From Chloroflexota bacterium (lineage in GTDB: Bacteria > Chloroflexota > Limnocylindria > Limnocylindrales > CSP1-4), in the NCBI GenBank assembly GCA_031431535.1, contig JANPDO010000055.1, positions 1 through 40,457 of the forward strand: a stretch of DNA of 40,457 bases. Reading direction: 5' to 3'. Under the pieces are notes generated by a model that ran no database searches, was not told where the DNA came from, and saw only the letters and a program-made list of their open reading frames with translations. This document shows, in pieces, positions 1-7,881 of the stretch. The first letter of the stretch is position 1, and every line of letters starts with the position of its first letter. Both the position numbers and the translations under genes were made by a program.

Positions 1-19
1 TGACCGCTGGGCGGCTGGC

Positions 20-490
20 GTGACCGAAGGTTTCGTCATCAGGACCGACGGAGCGGCGCGCGGCAATCCGGGCCCGGCGTCGCTCGGGGCTGCCCTCTAC
101 GACCTCTCGCGTCCCGACGCCCGCGACCATCGAGCAGCTCCGGACGCCTCGATCTCCGAATTCCTGGGCGTGCAGACCAACAATGTCGCTGAGTACACAG
201 GCACGGTCCGCGCCCTCGACCTCGCCCGTGAACTTGGGGCGCGGCAGGTCCACCTGTTGCTGGATTCCAAGCTGATCGTCGAGCAGCTGTCCGGTCGCTG
301 GCGGGTCAAGGACGCCAAGCTGATCCCGCTGTGGGCCGCCTGTCGGCAGACCCTTGCCGGTTTCGAGCGCTGGAGCGCCACGCATGTCCCGCGAGCCCAG
401 AACTCGGTCGCCGACGCCCTGGCCAACGAGGCGATCGACCGTGTCGGGGCCGGCGGTCCGGTCGCAATCGTTCGTCGACCCGGCGGCTGA
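20..490 (+). CDS. RNase H-like ribonuclease (type 1 / RNase HI family), 156 aa
   Basis: GTG start. Catalytic-type motifs are visible in the translation: IRTDGAARGNPGP (Asp), NNVAEYTG (Glu), LLLDSKLIV (Asp), NSVADALAN (Asp). Confidence 0.8.
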   Translation: MTEGFVIRTDGAARGNPGPASLGAALYDLSRPDARDHRAAPDASISEFLGVQTNNVAEYTGTVRALDLARELGARQVHLLLDSKLIVEQLSGRWRVKDAKLIPLWAACRQTLAGFERWSATHVPRAQNSVADALANEAIDRVGAGGPVAIVRRPGG

Positions 491-745
491 CCGACTCGCC
501 GGGTCCGGTCACTGGCGGTCGATGGTCGCTCGCGTTGACGGCCCCGGTACAGGCAGTACCGCTTTCCGCATGAAGCATGATCGTCCGCCGGCAGATTCGA
601 CAGTTCCTTGTCGATTTCGGGCCAGTCCGCGAAGCGTTCATCCCAGATCCGGTACTCGCAGTATCGGGCGAGGTGGATGGGTGGGCTGCGCCTTGGCTGC
701 CCGTGTCGCGCCGATGGTTCGGCCGCCGGGGCGTAAGATCGAAGA

Positions 746-1121
746 GTCAGCGAGGCGATCGGATGGTCGCGCGCCGTGGCCGGGAAACCTGCCGGCGGTG
801 TGAGGAAAGTCCGAGCTCCTCAGCGCAGGGTGGCGGGTAACGCCCGCCCGCCGCAAGGCGAGGACCAGTGCCACAGTGACGATGCCGAGTGCCGGTGCGA
901 GCCGGCGGTCGGAGTGAAACGGGCAAACTCCACCCGGAGCAAGGCCAAATAGGAGGGCGCAACCCGCTGATGGGCAACCGTCAACGGGGGAGAGGTGCGC
1001 TGCCCAGCCCTCGGGTCGGCCGCATGAGCCGTCGGGTAACCGACGGCCCCAGATGGATGGCCATCCCCGTTGGCCGTGAGGTCGACGGGACAGAACTCGG
1101 CTTACAGATCGCCTCGCTGAC
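746..1121 (+). ncRNA. rnpB: RNase P RNA, bacterial type A (M1 RNA)
   Basis: Universal P4 strands GAGGAAAGTCCG (802-813) and ACAGAACTCGGCTTACAG (1090-1107). Also GGGTAACGCCC, AGTGCCACAGTGACG and AGCAAGGCCAAATAGG. A perfect 15-bp terminal P1 helix pairs 746-760 (GTCAGCGAGGCGATC) with 1107-1121 (GATCGCCTCGCTGAC). Length ~376 nt. Confidence 0.92.
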
Positions 1122-1151
1122 ACGATCGCGGTCTGGATCGCTACTTGACGG

Positions 1152-1394
1152 TCAGTCTTCGTCCGGGCGGAAGATATGCGGGGCCGAGCAAGAATTGCAG
1201 ATCGGCGTCGCCGAATCGAGGTCACCGAGCGGGATCGGCACCTTGCGATCGGGAAACAGGCACTCCACGTCGTAGACCCGCTCACGGCGGTACTCGACGT
1301 TGATCAGCCGTCGAAACGTGCATCGCCTGATGCGATGCGGGGCGAGATGGAAGGGGTCGGGTTGGGCCGGGATCTCTGGAAGTGGGAGCGCCAT
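1152..1394 (-). CDS. Hypothetical small protein, 80 aa, with Cys/His cluster (C-x22-C-x2-C-x3-H)
   Basis: ATG start and TGA stop. Hand-counted GC3 is ~77%, above bulk GC and consistent with coding. Divergent from the LysM gene. I recognise no family. Confidence 0.45.
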   Translation of the reverse strand: MALPLPEIPAQPDPFHLAPHRIRRCTFRRLINVEYRRERVYDVECLFPDRKVPIPLGDLDSATPICNSCSAPHIFRPDED

Positions 1395-1488
1395 GCACCG
1401 GTGAGCCTAGCATCGAACGGCGACCCGCGGCAACGCGCGAAAGGTACTAGACTCCGCGCCGATCGAGTGAAGGCAAGCAGGAGGGGAC

Positions 1489-2307
1489 GTGCGGGACGAT
1501 CCAGCTGATCCGCTGCCGTCGCCAGCCCTCGTACAGCCGCCGGGCGCGAGCGTCGATGCTGAGCCACGCATTTGCCCGTACCTTCGTTCCTCGACCGGGC
1601 ACGGCGCCCTTGGCGATCCGGTTCACTGGCCAGATGCCGACAATCGCTGCTCGGCCCTCGGCGATCCGGCTCCGCAATCGCGTCGCCAGCAGGAGTTCGC
1701 CTGCCTGGCGAGCAACCATGTTGGCTGTCAACGGTTCATCCGCGCGCGGGTCAGTGCTGAGGTGGGCCTCGATGTCCCAGGGCAGGGGCCGCGTGTGACG
1801 CCCGCGATCGTCGGTTCGCTCCTGATCCTGGCCGCGTCGTTCGTGCTATCGGTTGGCTTTTTCGTGGCCAACGACGGTCTGGATCTTCGAGCCGTTGCCG
1901 CCAGCGATCCGGGAGCCGGATCCGCGTCGCCGCTCGCGCCTGGGGCATCGCCAGGTTCCGTCGCTGCCGCGAGCGCGTCACCCGTGGTGACGAATCCGAC
2001 CCCGGCGTCCACGCCCCAACCGACCGAGGTTTCGAGCCAGCCCGCGGCGACTCAGACCCCCACGCCCGCGCCAACACCGTCGCCCGCGCCAACGCCGCAA
2101 TCCAGTTCCGACCGCTACCTGCTGCTCAAGCCGTGCCCGGATGGGCCTGATTGCTGGATTTACACGGTTCGCAGCGGCGACAACCTCGTGAGCATCGCCC
2201 GATACTTCGGCATCCCCCTTGATGTCGTGATCGAGCTCAACCCCTGGACGGAGACAACCCAGCTGATTCCGGACCAGGAAGTGCGGTTGCCGCCTCCCAC
2301 GTTGTAG
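1489..2307 (+). CDS. Single-pass membrane protein with C-terminal LysM peptidoglycan-binding domain, 272 aa
   Basis: GGAGG RBS 5 nt before the GTG start. TM segment AIVGSLLILAASFVLSVGFFVA, then a Pro/Thr/Ser-rich linker, then LysM (YTVRSGDNLVSIARYFGIPLDVVIELNPW). The N-terminal ~118 aa cytoplasmic region carries 4 Cys. Confidence 0.8.
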   Translation: MRDDPADPLPSPALVQPPGASVDAEPRICPYLRSSTGHGALGDPVHWPDADNRCSALGDPAPQSRRQQEFACLASNHVGCQRFIRARVSAEVGLDVPGQGPRVTPAIVGSLLILAASFVLSVGFFVANDGLDLRAVAASDPGAGSASPLAPGASPGSVAAASASPVVTNPTPASTPQPTEVSSQPAATQTPTPAPTPSPAPTPQSSSDRYLLLKPCPDGPDCWIYTVRSGDNLVSIARYFGIPLDVVIELNPWTETTQLIPDQEVRLPPPTL

Positions 2308-2419
2308 GTCGTACCCGGCCGTCCCCGGCGCTCGACCGACCCGCCGTCGGCCCAGCCGACTCGCCCGGCCCAGGCCGGCGCCACGAAGCCTGATCCCCAC
2401 GCCGGATGCGAAATCGGCC

Positions 2420-2447
2420 TTGACGCGCCGGTTCTGGGCGCTAGAAT
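2420..2447 (+). promoter_or_regulatory. Candidate sigma70-type promoter of the dcw operon (Pmra equivalent)
   Basis: TTGACG (2420-2425), 16-nt spacer, TAGAAT (2442-2447). Located ~85 nt upstream of the mraZ start. Confidence 0.6.
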
Positions 2448-2453
2448 GCAGCG

Positions 2454-2479
2454 AAGTGGCGCCAAGTGGCGCAAAGTGG
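2454..2479 (+). promoter_or_regulatory. Candidate MraZ operator: three direct AAGTGG repeats at exact 10-bp phasing
   Basis: AAGTGGCGCC / AAGTGGCGCA / AAGTGGGGAA start at 2454, 2464 and 2474, beginning about 7 nt after the -10 box. This matches the known architecture of MraZ boxes (GTGG-containing direct repeats between Pmra and mraZ). Confidence 0.55.
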
Positions 2480-2531
2480 GGAAGAACCCCGCTCGACCCG
2501 GCGACGACCGAATGGCAGGGTAGACCCGACT

Positions 2532-2960
2532 GTGTTCACCGGCGAGTACCGGCACTCGGTGGACGACAAGGGACGGATGGCCGTCCCGGTGAAGTTCCGA
2601 GCGCGCCTCGATCCCGGCTCGATGGTTTCGGCCTGGCTTGACAACTGCCTGGCCATCCACACCAAGGCGGGCTGGGACGAGCTATCTGAAAAGATCGGCA
2701 ACCTTGCCCTGACCAACCCCACCGCCCGGCTGTTTCAGCGCTCAATCTTCGGTCGCGCCAATGAAGTCGAGCTGGATCGACAGGGCCGAATCCTGCTGCC
2801 GGCCTACCTGCGCGGCTCGATCGGCCTTGGGGCGGAAGCGGTGATCGTCGGATCGCGCGACCACGCGGAAATCTGGGCGGCGGAGCGATGGGACGAGTAC
2901 CGCCTAGCACTCGAGGATCCAGACGAGCTGGCCCGCGCCTTTGAGGGGCTCGGAATCTAG
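2532..2960 (+). CDS. mraZ: Transcriptional regulator MraZ, 142 aa
   Basis: Two DXXXR-type repeats: DDKGRMAVPVKFR and LDRQGRILLPAYLR. I chose the GTG at 2532 (VFTGEYRHSVDDKGR), which matches the usual MraZ N-terminus. The track ORF starts at 2466, inside the repeat operator. Confidence 0.9.
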   Translation: MFTGEYRHSVDDKGRMAVPVKFRARLDPGSMVSAWLDNCLAIHTKAGWDELSEKIGNLALTNPTARLFQRSIFGRANEVELDRQGRILLPAYLRGSIGLGAEAVIVGSRDHAEIWAAERWDEYRLALEDPDELARAFEGLGI

Positions 2961-3020
2961 CTCGAACCAAATGCGCTTCCAGGATCCGCTCGGGATCCGT
3001 TCAATCGGGATGGAGGAGAG

Positions 3021-3968
3021 ATGGACGAAGGGCACCTGCCGGTGCTGGTGGAGGAGGTCATGCAGATGCTCGCCCCCATGCCCGGCGGCCTTCACATCGA
3101 CGCCACCCTGGGCGGCGGTGGGCACACCGAGCGGATTCTGGAAGCGACCAGTCCAGATGGGCGTCTGCTGGGGCTCGATGCCGACGCGATCGCGGCGGCG
3201 CGGGTCGATGCGCGGCTGCGGCCACGCTTCGGGGATCGCCTCCTGATCCGGCAATCGAACTTCCGCGAACTGGCTGTGGTGGCCCCGGCCGCCGGCTTCG
3301 GCGCGGTCGATGGGTGCCTGTTCGATCTTGGGCTTTCAAGTTACCAGCTCGCCGACCGCGATCGTGGGTTCGGCTTCCGCGCCGGCGGGCCGCTGGACAT
3401 GCGCTTCGACCCCGGCCGCGGGGTGCCGGCGTCCGAGCTGCTCGCCACGCTTGACGTGGCCGAACTGACGGCGTTGTTCCGACGCTACGGCGAGGAGCCG
3501 AAGGCGGCACGGGTTGCCCGGGCGATCGTCGATGTCCGTCGCAGCGCGCCGATCCGAACCGCGGACGAACTGGCCGCGATCATCGGGCGAGTCCTGCCTC
3601 CGAACCCACGCCAACCGCGGCGCACGCACCCCGCGACCCGAGTCTTCCAAGCGCTGCGGATCGCGGTCAACGAGGAGCTCGAGGCGCTCGAGGCGGGCCT
3701 CGGGGCGGCTCTTGGCCTGCTTCGACCGGGAGGCCGTCTGGTGGTGTTGAGCTACCACTCGCTCGAAGACCGCATCGTCAAGCGGTTCATCGCCGCAGAG
3801 CGGCGTGGTTGTGTATGCCCACCTGAAGTGCCGATCTGCGTGTGCGGCCGCAATCCTCGTCTGCGCCTGATCACGCGTCCATCGCTGACCCCGACCGCCG
3901 TCGAAATCGCCGCGAATCCGCGCGCCCGGAGTGCCCGCCTGCGGGCGGCCGAGCGGCTCGCCGCCTAG
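3021..3968 (+). CDS. rsmH: 16S rRNA (cytosine1402-N4)-methyltransferase RsmH, 315 aa
   Basis: GGAGGAG RBS before the ATG. Motifs DATLGGGGHTE, DLGLSSYQL, LSYHSLEDRIVKRF. Position directly after mraZ. Confidence 0.93.
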   Translation: MDEGHLPVLVEEVMQMLAPMPGGLHIDATLGGGGHTERILEATSPDGRLLGLDADAIAAARVDARLRPRFGDRLLIRQSNFRELAVVAPAAGFGAVDGCLFDLGLSSYQLADRDRGFGFRAGGPLDMRFDPGRGVPASELLATLDVAELTALFRRYGEEPKAARVARAIVDVRRSAPIRTADELAAIIGRVLPPNPRQPRRTHPATRVFQALRIAVNEELEALEAGLGAALGLLRPGGRLVVLSYHSLEDRIVKRFIAAERRGCVCPPEVPICVCGRNPRLRLITRPSLTPTAVEIAANPRARSARLRAAERLAA

Positions 3969-4002
3969 GTACCCGTCGTCCCACAAGAGGAGGAGCCCCC
4001 AA

Positions 4003-4200
4003 ATGAGCAAGCATCACCAGGCCAGTCGCCGCAAAAACTACGGACGTCGCCAGCACGAGGTGCGGGAACGGCACGACCGTCCGCAGCAGGGCGAGGCCTT
4101 CGACTTCGACGGTACCGACCATCGACCGTCCGCGCCGGCCGATCCGTTCTCGTTCATGGATCCGCGCGCCCCGCGCATCCGGTTTGCGCTGGGGGACTGA
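4003..4200 (+). CDS. Hypothetical small charged protein, 65 aa, between rsmH and ftsL
   Basis: ATG preceded by AAGAGGAGGAG. Hand-counted GC3 is ~80%. The TGA stop lies 2 nt before the ftsL-like GTG. The protein has no TM segment and a basic N-terminal half (MSKHHQASRRKNYGRRQHEVRERHDR). I recognise no family. Confidence 0.5.
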   Translation: MSKHHQASRRKNYGRRQHEVRERHDRPQQGEAFDFDGTDHRPSAPADPFSFMDPRAPRIRFALGD

Positions 4201-4202
4201 GG

Positions 4203-4583
4203 GTGGCCGTCTATGAGGGCGCGCGACCTCGGGGTCTCGGGCTGCCGCGAAGCGCTGCGCCGGCCCCCGACCTGCCGCTCAGTCGGCGCCGCGTTCGCAG
4301 CGCGCTTCGGTCCGGCCAGCGGTCGAGTCACCTGAGTCTTCTCCTGGGCTCGATCATCGTCGCCTTTGTCCTCGGGTTCTTCTCGCTCGCGCAACAGATG
4401 CGGGTCTCTGCGACGAGCATTGACATCGGCCGCCTGTCGCTGGAACGCCAGCGGCTGGACGCCCGTGCCGACGATGTGCGCTCCGACCTTGACCGGCTGG
4501 GACGGGAGCCCGCGATCCGCAAGATCTCCATCGGCGAAGGGTTGGGCCAGCTCGCTGAACCGATCGTCCTGCCGGCCCGCTAG
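4203..4583 (+). CDS. ftsL: FtsL/DivIC-like cell division protein, 126 aa
   Basis: Arg-rich N-terminus, one TM segment (LSLLLGSIIVAFVLGFFSLAQ), then a coiled-coil-like segment (IDIGRLSLERQRLDARADDVRSDLDRL). It sits in the canonical position between rsmH and ftsI. The sequence itself is weakly diagnostic. Confidence 0.65.
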   Translation: MAVYEGARPRGLGLPRSAAPAPDLPLSRRRVRSALRSGQRSSHLSLLLGSIIVAFVLGFFSLAQQMRVSATSIDIGRLSLERQRLDARADDVRSDLDRLGREPAIRKISIGEGLGQLAEPIVLPAR

Positions 4584-4597
4584 GGCGCCCGCCCTCC

Positions 4598-6427
4598 ATG
4601 TTGGGACGGAGTGATTCGCGTCCGCGCCTCCTGCTTCTGTTGGTGTTCTTCGTCGCGGGCGCGTTCGCGCTCGCGGCTCGGTCGGCGTACTGGCAGGTCC
4701 TCGATCACGACCGACTGGTGGCGGCCGCAGCAGGCCAGACGACGATTCGCATCGAGACGCCGAGCCAGCGTGGCGACATCTACGATCGGAGCGGGACGGT
4801 CGTCCTCGCCAGCACGGTCCAACGGGAGCGGCTGGTGGCGGCCCCGGTGCAGCTTTCGGCTGACCAGCGGCGAGCCACCGCGGCCGAGCTAGCGCGGCTG
4901 TTCGACCTTGACGAAATCCAGATGGCGACGCTGCGCGAGAAACTGGCATCGTCCGAGCGGTACCTGGTCATTCGCCACGGCCTGGACCGCACGATGGCCG
5001 ATCGGATCCGCGCCGCGCTGGCGAATGGCCGGCTGTTCTCCCTTACCCTGGAGCCGGAGCCCGAGCGAGTTTACCCGCAGGCTGGCGGTGGGCGGAACAC
5101 TAGCCTGGCGGCGCAGCTGCTCGGGTTTGTCAATCGGGACGGCTTCGGGCAGTACGGCGTGGAGCAGGCCTGGCAGGAGACGCTTGCCGGGTCGCCCCGG
5201 ATCGTGGTGGCTGATCGCGACGCGAGTGGTCGCCCCGTGCTCGAGCGGGCCATCGTGGAATCTGCCGGCACCCCGGGCAAGGACTTGCGATTGACGATCG
5301 ATCAGGGCCTGCAGCTTCGCGTGGAGCAGGAACTCATGGCGGCCTGGATCGCCGACAAGGCGAAGCGGGTGTCGGCGGTCGTGCTCGATCCATACACCGG
5401 CGAGATCTATGCCGAGGCCACCTATCCTTCCTACGACGCCAACGAATACCGGACCATCGCCTCGATTGATCCTTCGAGGTTCATTGACCCGGTGGTGTCC
5501 AGCGTCTATGAGCCGGGCTCCGTGTTCAAGATGATGACTGCCGCTGCGGCCCTCGAACTTGGGACCGTCACGCCGTCCACCAAGATCAATGACACCGGGA
5601 CGCTCAAGCTCGACGGCGGGCGCAGCCGAGTCGACGACGCCGACCGCAAGAAGCGGGGGTGGATGACCTTCGAGGACGGCATCGCCTATTCGCGGAACGT
5701 GGTCGCCGCCAAGGTGGCGCTTGGCCTGGGCGACACGCTTCACCAGTCCTCGGCCGCCCTCCACGCCATGTGGCTCCGGCTGGGCTACGGGCAGCCCACC
5801 GGGATCGACGTGGCCGGAGAAGTCGGCGGCATTGTGCGCGATCCCGCGGTGAGGCCGTGGCGTGAGATTGATCTCGCCAACGGGTCGTTTGGGCAGGGTG
5901 TGGCGGTCACCCCGATCCAGTTGGCCACAGCGTTTGCGGCACTGGCCAACGGCGGGATGCTCGTTCATCCGCATGTCGTCCAGGGCATCGGCGACCAGGA
6001 TGTGGTGGTGGACCCGGCCACCAGGGTCATCGACCTCGCCCTGTCGCGAACCCTGATCACCATGATGCAACACGTCCTGTCCGAGGTGGCGCTCTACCGC
6101 GATCGTACGTTCGTGCCGGGCTATGACGTGGGCGGGAAGACCGGCACGGCGCAGATCTGGGATCCGAAGGCCAACGACGGTCGGGGCGACTGGAAGCACA
6201 ACTTGTTCAACTACTCGTTCGTCGGGTACATCGGTCGTGAGACCGGGATCCCCGACCTGATCGTGGCCGTCCAGATCGAGGAGGGAACGCCGACGGTCGC
6301 CCGTGTTGGGCACCTGGAGATGCCCGTCATGTCGTTCGAGCTATTCCGACGGATCGCCACCGGGGCGATCACGACGCCCGATCTCCTGACCGACCGGCCG
6401 ACCCGGTTTCCCTCTGTCGAGCGTTGA
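4598..6427 (+). CDS. ftsI: Class B penicillin-binding protein / peptidoglycan D,D-transpeptidase FtsI, 609 aa
   Basis: N-terminal TM anchor. SxxK (SVFK), SxN (SRN) and KTG (GGKTGTAQ) motifs. dcw position. Confidence 0.92.
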   Translation: MLGRSDSRPRLLLLLVFFVAGAFALAARSAYWQVLDHDRLVAAAAGQTTIRIETPSQRGDIYDRSGTVVLASTVQRERLVAAPVQLSADQRRATAAELARLFDLDEIQMATLREKLASSERYLVIRHGLDRTMADRIRAALANGRLFSLTLEPEPERVYPQAGGGRNTSLAAQLLGFVNRDGFGQYGVEQAWQETLAGSPRIVVADRDASGRPVLERAIVESAGTPGKDLRLTIDQGLQLRVEQELMAAWIADKAKRVSAVVLDPYTGEIYAEATYPSYDANEYRTIASIDPSRFIDPVVSSVYEPGSVFKMMTAAAALELGTVTPSTKINDTGTLKLDGGRSRVDDADRKKRGWMTFEDGIAYSRNVVAAKVALGLGDTLHQSSAALHAMWLRLGYGQPTGIDVAGEVGGIVRDPAVRPWREIDLANGSFGQGVAVTPIQLATAFAALANGGMLVHPHVVQGIGDQDVVVDPATRVIDLALSRTLITMMQHVLSEVALYRDRTFVPGYDVGGKTGTAQIWDPKANDGRGDWKHNLFNYSFVGYIGRETGIPDLIVAVQIEEGTPTVARVGHLEMPVMSFELFRRIATGAITTPDLLTDRPTRFPSVER

Positions 6428-7881
6428 GTTCGACGGATGCGCTGGTCGTGCCGGTGACCGAGCATAACGGCGGTGGCGCGACCCTGATTCCCAGCCTCAG
6501 TGCTGATGACCTCGCGCAGCTGACCGGCGGCCGGCTCCTGGCGCGGTCCCCACGGCCCATCCGCGGGGCCGCCGTGGATTCGCGGCTGATCCGGCCGGAT
6601 CAGGTGTTCGTGGCGCTTCCCGGAGAACGGGTCGACGGCCACGCCTTCATCGCCCAGGCCCTGGCCCATGGCGCGGCGGCACTCGTCGTGACGCGACCCG
6701 TACCGGATCCAGCGGCGCTCGGCGATGTGACCGTGGTGCGGGTCGCTGACGGCCTGGCCGCGCTGGGAGCGCTGGCGGCTGGCTGGCGGCAGCGCTTTGA
6801 CCTGCTGGTCGTGGGCGTCACCGGCAGTATCGCGAAGACCAGCACCAAGGAGGCTGTTGCCGCGGTCCTCGCCCAGCGGTTCATGACGCTGCGCAGCCCG
6901 GGCAACCAGAATAATGAAGTCGGCCTGCCCCTCACGGTCCTGGAGATCGGGCTAGAGCATCAGGCGGCGGTCCTGGAAATGGGCATGTACGTCGGCGGAG
7001 AGATCGCGGAGCTGGCGCGGATCGCGCAGCCGCGGATCGGCGTGGTGACCGCCGTCCAGCCCGTTCACCTGGCCCGGATCGGCTCGATGGAGGCGATCGA
7101 GGCGGCGAAGGGCGAGCTGCTCGAGGCGCTCCCGCGCGACGGGACCGCGGTGCTCAACGCCGACGACCCGATCGTTCGACGCATGGGTCGCCGCACGGTG
7201 GCCCGGACACTGAGCTACGGCTTTGACGCTGCGGCCGACATCACCGCCAGCGACATCGCCAGCGCCGGCTTTGAGGGGATGCGCTTCGTCCTGCGCGTCC
7301 TCGGGGCGCGGCTGCCGGTCGCGATCCCGACGCTGGGTCGGCTATCGGTTCATAACGCGCTGGCGGCCGCCGCTGTCGGACATGCCGCCGGTCTGACCCT
7401 CGGCGAGATCGCGGCCGGGCTGGCGAACGGGTGGTCTGCCCCGCACCGGGCCGCCGTTGTCAGGGCTGGCGGCGTGACGCTGGTCGATGATTCCTACAAC
7501 GCGTCGCCCAGGTCCATGGTCGCCGCACTCGACCTGCTCGCCGGGCTTCCCGGTCGCCGCGGGGCGATCCTCGGCGAGATGCTCGAACTCGGCGACGGGA
7601 GCGAGGAAGGCCATCGGGCGGTCGGCGAGGCGGCGGCGCGGACGCTGGACTGGCTGGTCGTGGTGGGTCGCAACGCCGCCGCCATCGCCGAAGGCGCGCT
7701 CGACGCCGGACTGGATCCGGCGCAGCTTGATACCGCGCCGGACCTCGACGCCGTCCTGGCGACCCTGCCGACGCGGCTTCGCCCCGGTGACGTGGTCCTC
7801 GTCAAGGCGTCGCGCGGCATCGGTCTGGATCGACTCGTGACGCGATTGCGTGACGAGCTCGATCCCGGTGAGCGCCGATGA
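6424..7881 (+). CDS. murF: UDP-N-acetylmuramoyl-tripeptide--D-alanyl-D-alanine ligase MurF, 485 aa
   Basis: GVTGSIAKTSTKE P-loop and GNQNNEVGLPLT, a MurF-specific motif. TTGA overlap with the ftsI stop. The start codon is somewhat uncertain. Confidence 0.88.
   Translation: MSSTDALVVPVTEHNGGGATLIPSLSADDLAQLTGGRLLARSPRPIRGAAVDSRLIRPDQVFVALPGERVDGHAFIAQALAHGAAALVVTRPVPDPAALGDVTVVRVADGLAALGALAAGWRQRFDLLVVGVTGSIAKTSTKEAVAAVLAQRFMTLRSPGNQNNEVGLPLTVLEIGLEHQAAVLEMGMYVGGEIAELARIAQPRIGVVTAVQPVHLARIGSMEAIEAAKGELLEALPRDGTAVLNADDPIVRRMGRRTVARTLSYGFDAAADITASDIASAGFEGMRFVLRVLGARLPVAIPTLGRLSVHNALAAAAVGHAAGLTLGEIAAGLANGWSAPHRAAVVRAGGVTLVDDSYNASPRSMVAALDLLAGLPGRRGAILGEMLELGDGSEEGHRAVGEAAARTLDWLVVVGRNAAAIAEGALDAGLDPAQLDTAPDLDAVLATLPTRLRPGDVVLVKASRGIGLDRLVTRLRDELDPGERR

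Noticed and set aside
638-1285. ORFs 638-1285(-), 747-977(-), 889-1275(+) and 577-840(+) covering the 750-1120 region.
   Set aside because: The region folds and reads as a canonical RNase P RNA (P4 strands plus a perfect 15-bp P1 helix). The ORFs are artefacts across a structured RNA gene.
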